This document shows, in pieces, positions 25,239 through 35,935 of a stretch of 47,661 nt of DNA. This stretch comes from Acidimicrobiia bacterium. GTDB taxonomy: Bacteria; Actinomycetota; Acidimicrobiia; Acidimicrobiales; JAHEJN01. The stretch is taken from the NCBI GenBank assembly GCA_029861625.1, contig JAOTZB010000002.1, forward strand, positions 1-47,661. The letters run 5' to 3'. The notes under the pieces are model-generated. The model was not told the DNA's origin, did no database searches, and saw only the letters and a list, made by a program, of their open reading frames with translations. The position numbers were made by a program, and so were the translations under genes. Each line of letters opens with the position of its first letter. Within the stretch, counting starts at the first letter, position 1.

Positions 25239-27131
25239 CTAGACCGAGGGCGACTCGCCGACAGCCAGCAGACATACGCTCAACGGCGGGAGGGTGAGCA
25301 CGAGCGAATGATCATGGCCGTGGCTCGGTTCGGCCGTCGCGATGCCGACACCGGTTGTCATTCCCGAACCGCCGAAGGTCTCACCGTCGCTGTTCGCGAG
25401 CTCGATCCAGTCGCCGCCGACCGGCACACCGACGCGGTAGCCCCGGCGGGGCACCGGGGTGAAGTTCGCAACCGCGAGGATCGAACGTTCGCCTGGCGCA
25501 TGGCGGAGAAAGCCGAGCACGCTGTTGTCGGCGTCGTCGCCGATGACCCACTGGAACCCGGTCGGGTCGTTGTCGAGCGCGTGGAGAGCCCTCTCGCTCC
25601 GATAGATGCGGTTCAGCTCCGTGACCCACGAGCACACGCCCGCGTGGGCCGGATCGGCGAGCAATCCCCACGGCAGCTCTTGTTCGTGGTTCCAGTCGCC
25701 GGCCATCGCCAGCTCGGATCCCATGAACAGCAGCTTCTTGCCCGGGATCGCGAACTGGTACCCGAACAGAGCACGGAGCCCGGCGAGCTTCTGCCATTCG
25801 TCGCCCGGCTGGCGGTCGAGCAGCGACCCCTTGCCGTGCACGACCTCGTCGTGGGAGAGCGGCAGCACGAAGTTCTCGTCGAATGCGTAGACCATGCGAA
25901 AGGTCAGCTCGTCGTGGTGCCAGCGGCGGTGGACGGGATCCTCGCCGATGTACCCCAGGGTGTCGTTCATCCAGCCCATGTCCCACTTGAACCCGAAGCC
26001 GAGCCCGCCGTGGTCGGTGGAGCGGGTCACCCCCGGCCAGGCCGTCGACTCCTCGGCGACGGTCATCGCGTCGGGATGATGCAGATAGACACGGCGGTTC
26101 AGCTCCTCGAGGAAGGTGACCGCCGAGAGATTCTCGTTGCCGCCCATCTCGTTGGGGAGCCATTCCCCGTCGGCGCGGGAGTAGTCGCGGTACAACATCG
26201 ACGCGACCGCGTCGACCCTGAGACCGTCGGCGTGGTAGCGCTCGAGCCAGAAGCGGGCGCTCGACAACAAGAAGCTGCGTACCTCGTGACGGTCGTAGTT
26301 GAAGATCCCGCTCTTCCAGTCGGGATGGAAGCCCAGCCTCGGGTCGGCGTGTTCGTACAGGTGGGTGCCGTCGAAGACGGCCAGTCCATGTGCGTCGTTC
26401 GGGAAGTGCGACGGCACCCAGTCGAGCAGCACGCCGAAGCCCCGCTGGTGGAGCACGTCGACCAGATACATGAGGTCCTGGGGTTCGCCATAGCGGGCAG
26501 TCGGCGCGAAGTAGCCCGTCGTCTGGTATCCCCACGAGCCGTAGAACGGATGCTCCATGACCGGGAGCAGCTCGACGTGGGTGAACCCGGTTCGATCGAG
26601 GTGATCGGCGAGCTGGTGTGCGAGCGCGCGGTAGCCGCCGGGCTCATAGCGCCACGATCCGAGGTGGACCTCGTAGATGGAGATCGGGGCGTCGTGAGCG
26701 TTGTGGGCGGCCCGGTTCGTCATCCAGTCGGCGTCGGCCCAGTTGTAGTCGAGCGACCAGATCCGCGACGCGGTCCGGGGCGGTTCCTCGGTGGCGAAGC
26801 CGACGGGATCGGCCTTGTCCACGACCGAGCCGCCAACGGCGCGCACCTGGTACTTGTAGCTGTCGCCGACGACGGCTTCGACGACATGGCCCGACCAGAT
26901 CCCCGCGTCGCTGGAAGTGAGCGGTGACGCGGTCGGCGACCAGTCGTTGAAGTCGCCGATGACGCTCACTGCGGTGGCCGCCGGGGCCCAGACCCGGAAC
27001 GTGCAACCCGCCTCGTCCGGCTCGAGGTGGGCGCCGAGGAGATGACTCAGTCCGTCGTGTGTGCCATCACCGAGGCGCCACAGATCGTCGGCGGTGAGCG
27101 GCGGCGGCGAGATATTTCCGGGGATCGACAT
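25239..27131 (-). CDS. glgB: 1,4-alpha-glucan branching enzyme
   Basis: N-terminal CBM48-type region ([18 protein letters not shown]) and GH13 catalytic motifs ([37 protein letters not shown]). Confidence 0.95.
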   Translation of the reverse strand: MSIPGNISPPPLTADDLWRLGDGTHDGLSHLLGAHLEPDEAGCTFRVWAPAATAVSVIGDFNDWSPTASPLTSSDAGIWSGHVVEAVVGDSYKYQVRAVGGSVVDKADPVGFATEEPPRTASRIWSLDYNWADADWMTNRAAHNAHDAPISIYEVHLGSWRYEPGGYRALAHQLADHLDRTGFTHVELLPVMEHPFYGSWGYQTTGYFAPTARYGEPQDLMYLVDVLHQRGFGVLLDWVPSHFPNDAHGLAVFDGTHLYEHADPRLGFHPDWKSGIFNYDRHEVRSFLLSSARFWLERYHADGLRVDAVASMLYRDYSRADGEWLPNEMGGNENLSAVTFLEELNRRVYLHHPDAMTVAEESTAWPGVTRSTDHGGLGFGFKWDMGWMNDTLGYIGEDPVHRRWHHDELTFRMVYAFDENFVLPLSHDEVVHGKGSLLDRQPGDEWQKLAGLRALFGYQFAIPGKKLLFMGSELAMAGDWNHEQELPWGLLADPAHAGVCSWVTELNRIYRSERALHALDNDPTGFQWVIGDDADNSVLGFLRHAPGERSILAVANFTPVPRRGYRVGVPVGGDWIELANSDGETFGGSGMTTGVGIATAEPSHGHDHSLVLTLPPLSVCLLAVGESPSV

Positions 27132-27163
27132 CGCCGCCTCACGATATGGGGCAATCTGTGCAC

Positions 27164-28411
27164 ATGTCGGCCGTATTGAAACCTCCGAGGGTCCTGAGCA
27201 TGGTGCTGGCCGGTGGTGAGGGGAAACGACTCCTGCCGCTCACCCTCGACCGAGCCAAGCCCGCCGTGCCGTTCGGCGGCCATTACCGGCTGATCGACTT
27301 CCCGCTGTCGAACCTGGTGAACGGCGGCTACCGGAAGATCGTCGTGTTGACCCAGTACAAGAGTCACAGCCTCGACGTCCACATCTCCAGGACATGGCGC
27401 ATGAGCACGTTCCTCGGGGCCTACGTCACCTCGGTGCCCGCGCAGATGCGGCGAGGCCAACGATGGTTCCTGGGCTCGGGCGACGCGGTGTTCCAGAATC
27501 TCAACCTCATCGACGACGAACGCCCCGACTACGTCTTCGTCTTCGGTGCCGATCACATCTACCGGATCGACCCGCGCCAGATGCTCGAACAACACGTCGA
27601 ATCGGGAGCGGGCGTCTCCGTCGCCGGTATCCGCCTCCCCCATGCCGACTGCGAGCAGTTCGGGGTCATCCAGCCTGGCACCGGCACGAAGATCGAGGCC
27701 TTTCTCGAGAAGCCCGCGCCGGCCGATGTCGCCGGCCTACCGGACGCACCCGACCAGGTGCTGGCCTCCATGGGCAACTACGTGTTCACCACCGGCGCAC
27801 TCGTCGATCTCTTGCACCACGATGCCGGCCGGGACGACTCCCGGCACGACCTCGGCGGCGACCTCATCCCGGCAATGGTCGCAAGCGGCGACGCCCATGT
27901 GTACGACTACACGACGAACAGGGTCCCCGGTCAACAGGAGGGATCGCACTACTGGCGCGACGTCGGCACCCTCGATGCCTACTACGACTCGCACATGGAC
28001 CTCGTCGACGACTTCCCGGCATTCGACCTCTACAACGCCGAATGGCCGATCTACACGCTCGGCCGGACGATGCCGCCGGCCAAGGTGGTCAACGACGGTC
28101 GCCATGGTTCATCGTCGGTCCGCCGATCGTTGCTGAGCAACGGTGTGGTCGTCTCGGGTTCCACGGTCAGGGGATCGGTGCTCTCACCGGGCGTCCGGGT
28201 GCTCGGCGGGTCGAGCGTGGAGGAGTCGATTCTGCTCGACGACGTCGTCGTCAGCAGCGGCGCCCGCGTGCGCCGGTGCGTGCTCGACAAGAACGTCGTC
28301 GTCCCCGAGGGCGCCGAGATCGGATTCGACCCGGCCCACGACGCGGCGCACTACACGGTCTCCGACAGCGGCATCGTCACGCTGGCCAAGGGGCAGAAGG
28401 TCGTCGTCTGA
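27164..28411 (+). CDS. glgC: glucose-1-phosphate adenylyltransferase
   Basis: [36 protein letters not shown] and a C-terminal left-handed beta-helix region. The start is ATG 27164, or alternatively 27146 or 27200. The gene is divergent from glgB with an intergenic gap of only 14-32 bp. Confidence 0.9.
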   Translation: MSAVLKPPRVLSMVLAGGEGKRLLPLTLDRAKPAVPFGGHYRLIDFPLSNLVNGGYRKIVVLTQYKSHSLDVHISRTWRMSTFLGAYVTSVPAQMRRGQRWFLGSGDAVFQNLNLIDDERPDYVFVFGADHIYRIDPRQMLEQHVESGAGVSVAGIRLPHADCEQFGVIQPGTGTKIEAFLEKPAPADVAGLPDAPDQVLASMGNYVFTTGALVDLLHHDAGRDDSRHDLGGDLIPAMVASGDAHVYDYTTNRVPGQQEGSHYWRDVGTLDAYYDSHMDLVDDFPAFDLYNAEWPIYTLGRTMPPAKVVNDGRHGSSSVRRSLLSNGVVVSGSTVRGSVLSPGVRVLGGSSVEESILLDDVVVSSGARVRRCVLDKNVVVPEGAEIGFDPAHDAAHYTVSDSGIVTLAKGQKVVV

Positions 28412-28417
28412 CGCCCT

Positions 28418-28437
28418 CCCGTGCCGGCACGCACGGG
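28418..28437. terminator. hairpin between convergent glgC and glgA
   Basis: CCCGTGC-cggcac-GCACGGG lies 7 nt after the glgC stop and 12 nt after the glgA stop. Confidence 0.35.
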
Positions 28438-28449
28438 AATCAGCGACCG

Positions 28450-29829
28450 CTACCGCTCGGCGAGCGCGCGGTACAGGTCGATGTGCGCCGCGCCGGGGAC
28501 GGTCCAGGACCAGTCCTCCGCCATGCCGCGGCGCTGGATGGCGGTGCGCCGTGCCGGCTGTTTCACGGCGCGAACGGCCCGGTGCAGTGCATCGACGAAC
28601 CCCGCGGCATCCACCGACCGACTCACGAAACCCGTGCCGGCTGCCCGGTCATCGTCGGCGTCGACGACAGTGTCGTGCAGCCCTCCGACATCGGTGACGA
28701 CCGGCAGCGCCCCGTACGCCATGGCCTGCATCTGGCCGAGCCCGCAGGGTTCGAATCGGCTGGGCATGGCGAACAGGTCGCTTCCCGCGAAGATCCGATG
28801 GCCGAGGCCGGTGTCGTACCCGTCGGTGAACCAGACTCGGTCGGGCGCAGCGACCGCCGCGGCCTGCACGCGATCGGCGAGATGGGGTGGCCCTGACCCG
28901 AGGATCGCCAGCCTGGCGGGCATGGTGCGCAGGAACGGGACGACGTCGAGGAGGATGTCGATGCCCTTCTGCTCGACCAGTCGTGTGACCAACCCGATGA
29001 TGGGCTGCTTGTCGTCGGGCCAGCCGGCCTCGTCGGCAAGGGCGCGGCGGCACTCGATGCGACCGGCCGGATCGACCACGGAGTACGTCGCGGCGATGTG
29101 AGGATCGGTGCCCGGATCCCAGATCGCGGTATCGACGCCGTTGCGGATGCCGACGAGCCGGTCACCCAGTGCGCCGAGTCGTTCATGAAGCCCCATACCG
29201 GCATCGGGCGTGATGATCTCGGCGGCGTAGTTCGGGCTCACCGCGATGACCCGATCGACCAGCTCGATCGCCCCGGCCAGCGGATTCGTGCCGCCGTACC
29301 ACGCGAACCTCCACGGGTCGTTCGGGAGGCGCCCGAGCCACTGGGGACCGGTCGTGCCCTGGTAACCGAGCGTGTGGACGGTGAGCACGGTGGGTACCGA
29401 GGTCGCCACGAACGCCGTGGCCGCCGCCGTGTGCCAGTCGTTGAGATGCAAGACGTCGGGCTGCTCGCCGTCGGCCAGGGCCGCGACGACAGCGGCGAAC
29501 GAGAAGAACCGATGATCGTTGTCGACCCAGCCCTCCCCGTCTGCGTCGACGTACGGGTGGGGGCGTGCCATGCCGGGAACGGCAACGAGGGTCAGCAGAC
29601 CGACGTCGCGGTGACGCCCGCGCCGTACCCGTGTGTCGCCGACCCACTCCGGGACCGAGACGAAGACCTCGTGCTGACCCTCGAGCTCGACGTCGCCGTA
29701 GTCGGGCAACACGACGTCGACCTCGACGTCGGCGTCGCGGAGGGCCACGACGAGCCCGGCGGCGGCCTCGGCGAGCCCACCGACCCGGGCCAGCGGGGCC
29801 AGCTCGGCGGTCGCGAACAGGATCTTCAC
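28450..29829 (-). CDS. glgA: glycogen synthase (ADP-glucose type, GT5)
   Basis: The N-terminus KILFATAELAPLARVGGLAEAAAGL and the C-terminal GT-B motifs (PSRFEPCGLGQMQAMAYG) are present. GTG 29829 overlaps the glgX stop (GTGA). The longer ORF is an off-frame shadow. Confidence 0.9.
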   Translation of the reverse strand: MKILFATAELAPLARVGGLAEAAAGLVVALRDADVEVDVVLPDYGDVELEGQHEVFVSVPEWVGDTRVRRGRHRDVGLLTLVAVPGMARPHPYVDADGEGWVDNDHRFFSFAAVVAALADGEQPDVLHLNDWHTAAATAFVATSVPTVLTVHTLGYQGTTGPQWLGRLPNDPWRFAWYGGTNPLAGAIELVDRVIAVSPNYAAEIITPDAGMGLHERLGALGDRLVGIRNGVDTAIWDPGTDPHIAATYSVVDPAGRIECRRALADEAGWPDDKQPIIGLVTRLVEQKGIDILLDVVPFLRTMPARLAILGSGPPHLADRVQAAAVAAPDRVWFTDGYDTGLGHRIFAGSDLFAMPSRFEPCGLGQMQAMAYGALPVVTDVGGLHDTVVDADDDRAAGTGFVSRSVDAAGFVDALHRAVRAVKQPARRTAIQRRGMAEDWSWTVPGAAHIDLYRALAER

Positions 29830-31940
29830 GGTCGCCCGTTGCCGGCGCGGAGTCGTCGCAGCACGACGACGGCCCAGCCGCCGACCACCCATTTCTCGTT
29901 CGACGAGACCTCGGTGCCGTGATTCTCCGAGATGGTGGTGTCCAGGTCGACGATCCACTCGCCCCCACCGACAGCGTCGGGCACGAGGTAGGTGATGGGA
30001 TCCGGGCTGGCGTTGAACATCATCAGGAAGCTGTCGTCGACGATGCGTTCGTTGCGCGGACCACGGGCGGTGATGGCCTCGCCGTTCATGAAGACCGCGA
30101 GCGATCTCGCGTACCCGACCCGCCAGTCGTCCTCGGTCATCTCGCTGCCGTCCGGGGTGTACCAGTGGATGTCGTGAACGTCGGCCCCGTGGATCGGCCG
30201 GCCATCGAACCACCGCCGCCGCCGGAATACCGGATGCGCCGCCCGCAGCGCGACGAGCTTCTGCACGAACGCGAGGAGATCGGCGTCGGCGTTCGCCCAG
30301 TCGTGCCAGGTCACCTCGTTGTCCTGGCAGTACGCGTTGTTGTTGCCGCGCTGGGTTCGGCCGATCTCGTCGCCTCCCGACAACATCGGGACTCCCTGCG
30401 ACAGCAACAAGGTGGCGAGCATCGACCGACGCCGCACCTCACGAACCTCGCCGATGGCCGGATCGTCGGTGTTGCCCTCGGCTCCCGAGTTCCACGACCG
30501 ATTGTGATCGTCGCCGTCGCGATTCTCCTCACCGTTGGCTTCGTTGTGCTTGTGGTCGTAGGCGACGAGATCGGTCAGGGTGAAGCCGTCGTGAGCGGTG
30601 ATGAAGTTGATGCTGGCCGAGGGCTTGCGGCCCGACCACTCGTACAGGTCGGAGCTGCCGGTGAGGCGCGACGCGAAGTCGGCGAGGGTCTCGTCGGCGC
30701 TGCGCCAGTAGTCGCGTACGCCGTCGCGGTACTTGCCGTTCCACTCCGACCACAGCGGCGGGAAGTTCCCGACCTGGTAGCCGCCCTCTCCGACGTCCCA
30801 CGGCTCTGCGATGAGCTTGACGCGGCTGATGATCGGATCCTGGTGGATCAGATCGAAGAACGCTGAGAGCCGATCGACGGCGTGGAGCCCGCGGGCGAGC
30901 GCCGATGCAAGGTCGAAGCGGAACCCGTCGACGTGCATCTCGGCTATCCAGTAGCGCAGGCTGTCCATCACGAGCTGGAGCGCCTGCGGGTGACGCATGT
31001 TGAGGCTGTTGCCGGTGCCCGTGTAGTCGACGTAACGACTCGGGTCGGCCGCGTCGAGGCGATAGTACGCCCCGTTGTCGAGCCCCTTCAGCGAGAGCAC
31101 GGGTCCGAGCTGGTTGCCTTCGGCCGTGTGGTTGTAGACGACATCGAGGATGACCTCGATGCCCGCGGCGTGGAGGGCCTTCACCATCGACTTGAACTCT
31201 GTGACCTGGCCGCCGCCGTCGCCGGTCGACGCGTACGGGCCATGCGGGGCGAGGAACCCGATCGAGTTGTAGCCCCAGTAATTGGTGAGACCCCGCTCGA
31301 CGACCGCGTGCTCGGAGAGGAAGTGATGAACCGGCAAGAGCTCGACTGCAGTGACGCCCAGCGACCGGAGATGCTCCATGACCGGCGGCGTCGTGAGCCC
31401 GGCGTACGTGCCTCGGAGATGGTCCGGCACGTCGGGATGGCGGATCGTCAGGCCCCGTACGTGGGTCTCGTAGATGACGGATTCGTGCAGCGGAGTGCGC
31501 GGTGGACGATCGTCGCCCCAATCGAAGCTCGGGTCGACCACGATCGACCTCGGCATCGACGAGGCACTGTCGTGTCTGTCGACCAGCTCGGGCCGCCCGG
31601 CCTGGTGGCCATAGACATCTCGGCCCCACACGACGGCGCCACTGATGGCTCTCGCGTACGGGTCGATCAACAACTTCGCCGGGTTGCAGCGGATGCCCTC
31701 GGCTGGTGACCACGGACCATGGACCCGATAGCCGTAGCGCTGCCCGGGCTCGAGGCCTGGCACGTAACCGTTGTGCACGAAGGCCGTGACCTCGGGGAGC
31801 CGGAGCCGCGTCTCGATGCCGTCGGTGTCGAAGAGGCACAGTTCGATGCCGTCGGCGACCTCCGAGTACACCGCGAAGTTGACGCCGTCGCCGTCGTGGG
31901 TTGCGCCCAGTGGGAACGCTTCGCCCGGCCAGATCGTCAT
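29826..31940 (-). CDS. glgX: glycogen debranching enzyme
   Basis: MTIWPGEAFPLGATHDGDGVNFAVYSE..IELCLFD is a typical GlgX N-terminus, and GH13 motifs are present (VILDVVYNHT, GFRFDLAS, IAEPWD, FITAHDGFTL). ATG 31940 overlaps the glgP stop (ATGA). Confidence 0.9.
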   Translation of the reverse strand: MTIWPGEAFPLGATHDGDGVNFAVYSEVADGIELCLFDTDGIETRLRLPEVTAFVHNGYVPGLEPGQRYGYRVHGPWSPAEGIRCNPAKLLIDPYARAISGAVVWGRDVYGHQAGRPELVDRHDSASSMPRSIVVDPSFDWGDDRPPRTPLHESVIYETHVRGLTIRHPDVPDHLRGTYAGLTTPPVMEHLRSLGVTAVELLPVHHFLSEHAVVERGLTNYWGYNSIGFLAPHGPYASTGDGGGQVTEFKSMVKALHAAGIEVILDVVYNHTAEGNQLGPVLSLKGLDNGAYYRLDAADPSRYVDYTGTGNSLNMRHPQALQLVMDSLRYWIAEMHVDGFRFDLASALARGLHAVDRLSAFFDLIHQDPIISRVKLIAEPWDVGEGGYQVGNFPPLWSEWNGKYRDGVRDYWRSADETLADFASRLTGSSDLYEWSGRKPSASINFITAHDGFTLTDLVAYDHKHNEANGEENRDGDDHNRSWNSGAEGNTDDPAIGEVREVRRRSMLATLLLSQGVPMLSGGDEIGRTQRGNNNAYCQDNEVTWHDWANADADLLAFVQKLVALRAAHPVFRRRRWFDGRPIHGADVHDIHWYTPDGSEMTEDDWRVGYARSLAVFMNGEAITARGPRNERIVDDSFLMMFNASPDPITYLVPDAVGGGEWIVDLDTTISENHGTEVSSNEKWVVGGWAVVVLRRLRAGNGRP

Positions 31941-33955
31941 CTGGAGGAGACGTCCCGTGCTGCCGGCTGGTACAGCTTGTCGCGGTACTCGGCGACCATC
32001 CGGGCCGCGGTGACCTGCGGGCCGAGCGTCGCCCACACGTGGCGAACCCGGTCGAGCCACTCGGCCGACTGGCCGAGGCCGTCGGCGTGGTACTCGGGGA
32101 CGATCTCGGCCTCGAGGAGGTCGAACACCGCTGCCGACTCGGCATCGTCGCGTTCGACGGGGTCGGCGGCATCGCTGGCCGGGATGACCCAGCCGTTGCG
32201 GCCGTCGGCCATCTCGTCCCACCACCCGTCGCTGATCGACAGGTTGCAGCCGCCGTTCAGGGCCGACTTCTCACCACTCGTACCGGACGCCTCGTGAGGA
32301 CGGATCGGGGTGTTCAGCCACACATCGCAGCCGGCATACATGGCCTTGGCGATGCTGATGTCGTAGTCGGGAACGAAGACGAACCGGCCGTTGGCGTCGG
32401 CACTGCTGCCGTAGGCGACGATGCCGGCCAGCGACTCCTTGCCGGGCGCGTTCGCCGGATGGGCCTTGCCCGCGAAGACGAACGTCACCGGGCGGTCGTC
32501 GTCGCCCAGCAGTGCCGCGAGCCGGTCGGGGTGCCGCAGCAACAGGGTGGCTCGTTTGTAGGTCGCGAACCGGCGCGCGAATCCGACGACGAGGGCATCG
32601 GGATCGATCGGTGCGCCGGTTCTGGCGCGAACCATGTCGGCCAGCTGCTCCCCGCCCGATCGTCGCACGGAACGGATCGTGTCGTCGTCGATGTCGGCGA
32701 CCGCGCCCCACGCCGCGGGGTCGCCGTCGGCCCAGCCCGGTCCGAGTGTGCCGTCGAAGACCGCCTGCAGCGGCTCGGACACCCAGCTCCGGGCATGCAC
32801 ACCGTTGGTGATCGAGCCGATGGCGTCGCCACCTTCGATGTCGGCGAACAGCTCGCGGCTCACCGCGCCGTGCAGCTCGGAGACGCCGTTGACACGACCG
32901 GCCGAGCGAAGACACATCGCCGCCATGTTGAACTCGTCGCTGTCGGGTTCGGCACCGAGCGCGAACACGGCTTCGACCGGGACATCCCAGTCGGTCGCCC
33001 ACGGGACCAGGTGCGCGGCGGCGAGCTCACCGGAGAACCGATCGATGCCGGCCGGAACAGGCGTGTGCGTGGTGAATATCAGATGCCGTCGAACGGCGTC
33101 GCGGGCTTGGTCGAGGCTCGCACCGCCGGAAATCTCACGATCGAGAAGATCGAGGATCAGGAATCCGGCGTGTCCCTCGTTGAGATGGAACACCGGCGGG
33201 TGCCAGCCGAGCGACGTCAGCGCACGCGAGCCGCCCACACCCAGCACCACTTCCTGTTCGATGCGATGACGGCGATCGCCGCTGTAGAGCCGATCGGTGA
33301 TGCGCCGGTCCTCGTCGGAGTTCCCTTCGATGTCGGTGTCGAGCAGGATCAGCGGGATGCGCCCGATCTCGACCCGCCAAACCCTCGCTCGCACCACTCG
33401 GTCCGCCACCGGCACCTCGACCACGACACCGGCATCGACACAGCCGAGGTCGACGGCGTCGTAGGTGTCGTAGTGCTCGGCTTGTCGACCGTCGACCAAC
33501 CGCTGACGGAAGAAGCCGTGGCGGTAGAACAGACCGACACCGACGAGCGGAAGCGCCAGGTCGCTGGCCGCCTTGAGGTGGTCGCCTGCCAGGATGCCGA
33601 GGCCACCCGAGTACTGCGGGACCGACTCGGTGACCCCGAACTCCGGCGAGAAGTACGCGATCTCGGGATCGACCATCGGCCCGGCCGACACCTGGGCGAG
33701 GGCGCGCCGGTCTCGTTCGACCGAAGCGACGAAGTCGTCGTCGGCCAGCAGTCGGTCGAGGTCGGCGTCGGTGAGCGCGGCGACGGTCGCGGCCGGATGG
33801 CGGTCGGGCCGGGCCCCGGGGAGGGAGTCGAGCGTGGCCCGGGTCGGCGCAGACCAGACCCAGTGATGGTTGCGGGCGAGCGCCGACAAGGAGTCGGCGA
33901 GAGCGGTGGTGTCCAAGAAACAAGCTCCGAGGAGGGGTCCGGATCGGTCCCGCAT
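31937..33955 (-). CDS. glgP: alpha-glucan phosphorylase (GT35)
   Basis: IAYFSPEFG...YSGGLGILAGDHLKAASDL.LPLVGVGLFYRHGFF and the EASGTSGEKSALNG pyridoxal-phosphate region. The start is ATG 33955 or 34009. Confidence 0.85.
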   Translation of the reverse strand: MRDRSGPLLGACFLDTTALADSLSALARNHHWVWSAPTRATLDSLPGARPDRHPAATVAALTDADLDRLLADDDFVASVERDRRALAQVSAGPMVDPEIAYFSPEFGVTESVPQYSGGLGILAGDHLKAASDLALPLVGVGLFYRHGFFRQRLVDGRQAEHYDTYDAVDLGCVDAGVVVEVPVADRVVRARVWRVEIGRIPLILLDTDIEGNSDEDRRITDRLYSGDRRHRIEQEVVLGVGGSRALTSLGWHPPVFHLNEGHAGFLILDLLDREISGGASLDQARDAVRRHLIFTTHTPVPAGIDRFSGELAAAHLVPWATDWDVPVEAVFALGAEPDSDEFNMAAMCLRSAGRVNGVSELHGAVSRELFADIEGGDAIGSITNGVHARSWVSEPLQAVFDGTLGPGWADGDPAAWGAVADIDDDTIRSVRRSGGEQLADMVRARTGAPIDPDALVVGFARRFATYKRATLLLRHPDRLAALLGDDDRPVTFVFAGKAHPANAPGKESLAGIVAYGSSADANGRFVFVPDYDISIAKAMYAGCDVWLNTPIRPHEASGTSGEKSALNGGCNLSISDGWWDEMADGRNGWVIPASDAADPVERDDAESAAVFDLLEAEIVPEYHADGLGQSAEWLDRVRHVWATLGPQVTAARMVAEYRDKLYQPAARDVSSR

Positions 33956-34023
33956 GACGCTATCGGTCGCGGGCCGAACGCCTGACCTCTCTCGGCGATC
34001 CCACACCATGACAGACTCGCACC

Positions 34024-34872
34024 ATGCACTACGGCGCGACGATATTTCCCACTGCAGACGCGATCCGGCCCGATGAGCTGGGACGCGAGCTCGAGAGCCG
34101 GGGATTCGAGTCGCTCTGGGTGGCCGAGCACTCCCACATCCCCGCCAGCCGACGGACGCCGTACCCGGGGCCCGGCGATCTCCCCGACATGTACTACGAG
34201 ACGATGGACCCCTTCGTCGCGCTCACTGCCGCGGCAATGTCGACCACCACCCTGAAACTGGGCACCGGTATCGCGCTCGTGACCCAGCGCGATCCCATCC
34301 ACCTCGCCAAACAGGTCTCGTCGCTCGACGTCGTGTCCGACGGCCGATTCCTGTTCGGTATCGGTGCAGGGTGGAACCGGGAGGAGATGGAGGACCACGG
34401 CACCGACCCCGAGCGACGGTTCGGTCGCATGCGCGAGACCGTCGAAGCCATGAAGGAGATCTGGGCCAACGACCCCGCGGAGTACCACGGCGATCACATC
34501 GGCTTCGATCCGATGTTCCAGCGGCCGAAACCGATCCAGAAGCCTCACCCGCCGATCCATGTCGGCGGCATCTACCCGGGCGGGCTCCGGCGCGCGGTCG
34601 CCTACGCCGACGGCTGGATGCCCATCGGCGCGAGGGCCGACACCGACCCACGACCCCACCTCGAAGCCGTCGACCGAGCATGCGTGGAAGCCGGGCGGGT
34701 CCGGTCGGACTTCGAGGTCTCGATCTACGCCGCGCCGATGACCCGAGACCCACTGCGCGAGCTCGCCGAGCTCGGCGTCGACCGGGTCGTCTTCGCCCTC
34801 CCGCCGCATGCCAGGGACGAACTGCTGCCCGTCCTCGATCATTGCTCGGCACTGATGGACGGGGACTCGTGA
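34024..34872 (+). CDS. LLM-class F420-dependent oxidoreductase
   Basis: The pattern MHYGATIFPT...ESLWVAEHSHIP...LGTGIALVTQRDPI...GRFLFGIGAGWNREE is typical of the F420-dependent LLM subgroup. Confidence 0.8.
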   Translation: MHYGATIFPTADAIRPDELGRELESRGFESLWVAEHSHIPASRRTPYPGPGDLPDMYYETMDPFVALTAAAMSTTTLKLGTGIALVTQRDPIHLAKQVSSLDVVSDGRFLFGIGAGWNREEMEDHGTDPERRFGRMRETVEAMKEIWANDPAEYHGDHIGFDPMFQRPKPIQKPHPPIHVGGIYPGGLRRAVAYADGWMPIGARADTDPRPHLEAVDRACVEAGRVRSDFEVSIYAAPMTRDPLRELAELGVDRVVFALPPHARDELLPVLDHCSALMDGDS

Positions 34873-35585
34873 GCGGAGCCATCGCAGTCGTCGCGTTCAT
34901 CGTCGCCAGCTTCGTCTTCGCCGGCTGGCTGGCGCGCCGAATCATGCGCTCCGTGTCGGGTTCGGCCATCCTCCAGGAGGGCGAGCCGGCACGAGCCGTC
35001 ATCACCGGCATGCGGGAGACGGGCACGACCGTGAACGAGAATCCCATGGTCAGCTTCGATCTGGACGTCACTCGCCCGGGCCAGGCGCCGTATCCGGTCA
35101 CCACCAAACAGATGCTCCCGCGGTTGTTGCTCGGCCGCGTGCAGCCCGGACTCCATCTCGGCGTGAGCGTGCTCCCCGACGAGCCGTCGAAGGTCGCCAT
35201 CGACTGGCAGTCGCTCGAGGGCGTCACCAGCACGGGCGATGCCGCCGACGGCGCACGAGTACCGGAGGGCTTGATGGCCGGCGCAATGGTCGGCGAGACG
35301 GTGAGCGCGAAGGACTTCATCGCGGCCGCCATCCCGGCGATGGCCGAGATCGACCAGATGTCGGAGACGGGCATGACCGCTCCCCACAGCGAGACCGGGC
35401 TCGACACCGAGGTCTTCGCGTTCGTCGTCACCGTCGACCGACGGGGCCAGGATCCCTACGAGGCCAACATCCTGCAAGGCGTGCCGCTCGATCTCGTCGG
35501 TCGCGTCGGCCCCGGCGCGACCGTCCCGATCGGCATCAACCCCGCCGACCCGTCCGACATCGCCATCAACTGGGACGAGTACTGA
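34869..35585 (+). CDS. N-terminally membrane-anchored hypothetical protein with an internal duplication
   Basis: GTG 34869 overlaps the LLM stop (GTGA). The TM helix is AIAVVAFIVASFVFAGWLA. Two similar halves end ..PSKVAIDW and ..PSDIAINW. Confidence 0.6.
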   Translation: MSGAIAVVAFIVASFVFAGWLARRIMRSVSGSAILQEGEPARAVITGMRETGTTVNENPMVSFDLDVTRPGQAPYPVTTKQMLPRLLLGRVQPGLHLGVSVLPDEPSKVAIDWQSLEGVTSTGDAADGARVPEGLMAGAMVGETVSAKDFIAAAIPAMAEIDQMSETGMTAPHSETGLDTEVFAFVVTVDRRGQDPYEANILQGVPLDLVGRVGPGATVPIGINPADPSDIAINWDEY

Positions 35586-35661
35586 CGGGCCGAGGCCAAT
35601 GCGGCGATGCACGGCCCGAACGGGCCCCGCGCCGCGCCGGCGGCCGGGCTACCGTCGGGGC

Positions 35662-35916
35662 ATGTGCCGAAACATCACCACGCTCCGCGGCCTCGAGCCG
35701 ACAGCTACCGACGAGGAGATCGAGGCGGCGGCCCGTCAGTACGTGCGGAAGGTGAGCGGCGTCCAGAAGGTGTCGGCTGCGACCGAGGACCCATTCGAAC
35801 GCGCGGTCGCACTCATCACCACGGCGACCGCCGAGCTGATCGCGGAGCTCCCGCCTCGCAAACAGCCACCGCGGACGGTGCCGCCGCTTCGTCGACGGGC
35901 ATCGACCACGCGCTGA
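35662..35916 (+). CDS. DUF2277-like small protein
   Basis: It starts MCRNITTLRGLEPTATDEEIEAAARQYVRKVSG, the hallmark N-terminus of this conserved actinobacterial family as I recall it. Confidence 0.65.
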   Translation: MCRNITTLRGLEPTATDEEIEAAARQYVRKVSGVQKVSAATEDPFERAVALITTATAELIAELPPRKQPPRTVPPLRRRASTTR

Positions 35917-35935
35917 CCGCCATCACGGACCGACC

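Noticed and set aside
28738-28756. tRNA T-arm-like string GGTTCGAATC
   Set aside because: It lies inside the glgA coding frame, no acceptor or anticodon stems can be drawn around it, and no other tRNA-like regions were seen.
25308-33985. Several 430-700-aa ORFs opposite to, or out of frame with, glgB, glgA, glgX and glgP (for example 25308..26927 +, 29565..30866 +, 30529..32172 -, 31901..33985 +)
   Set aside because: The glycogen enzymes are unmistakable by motif. These overlapping ORFs are Arg/Pro-rich shadows without recognisable domains.
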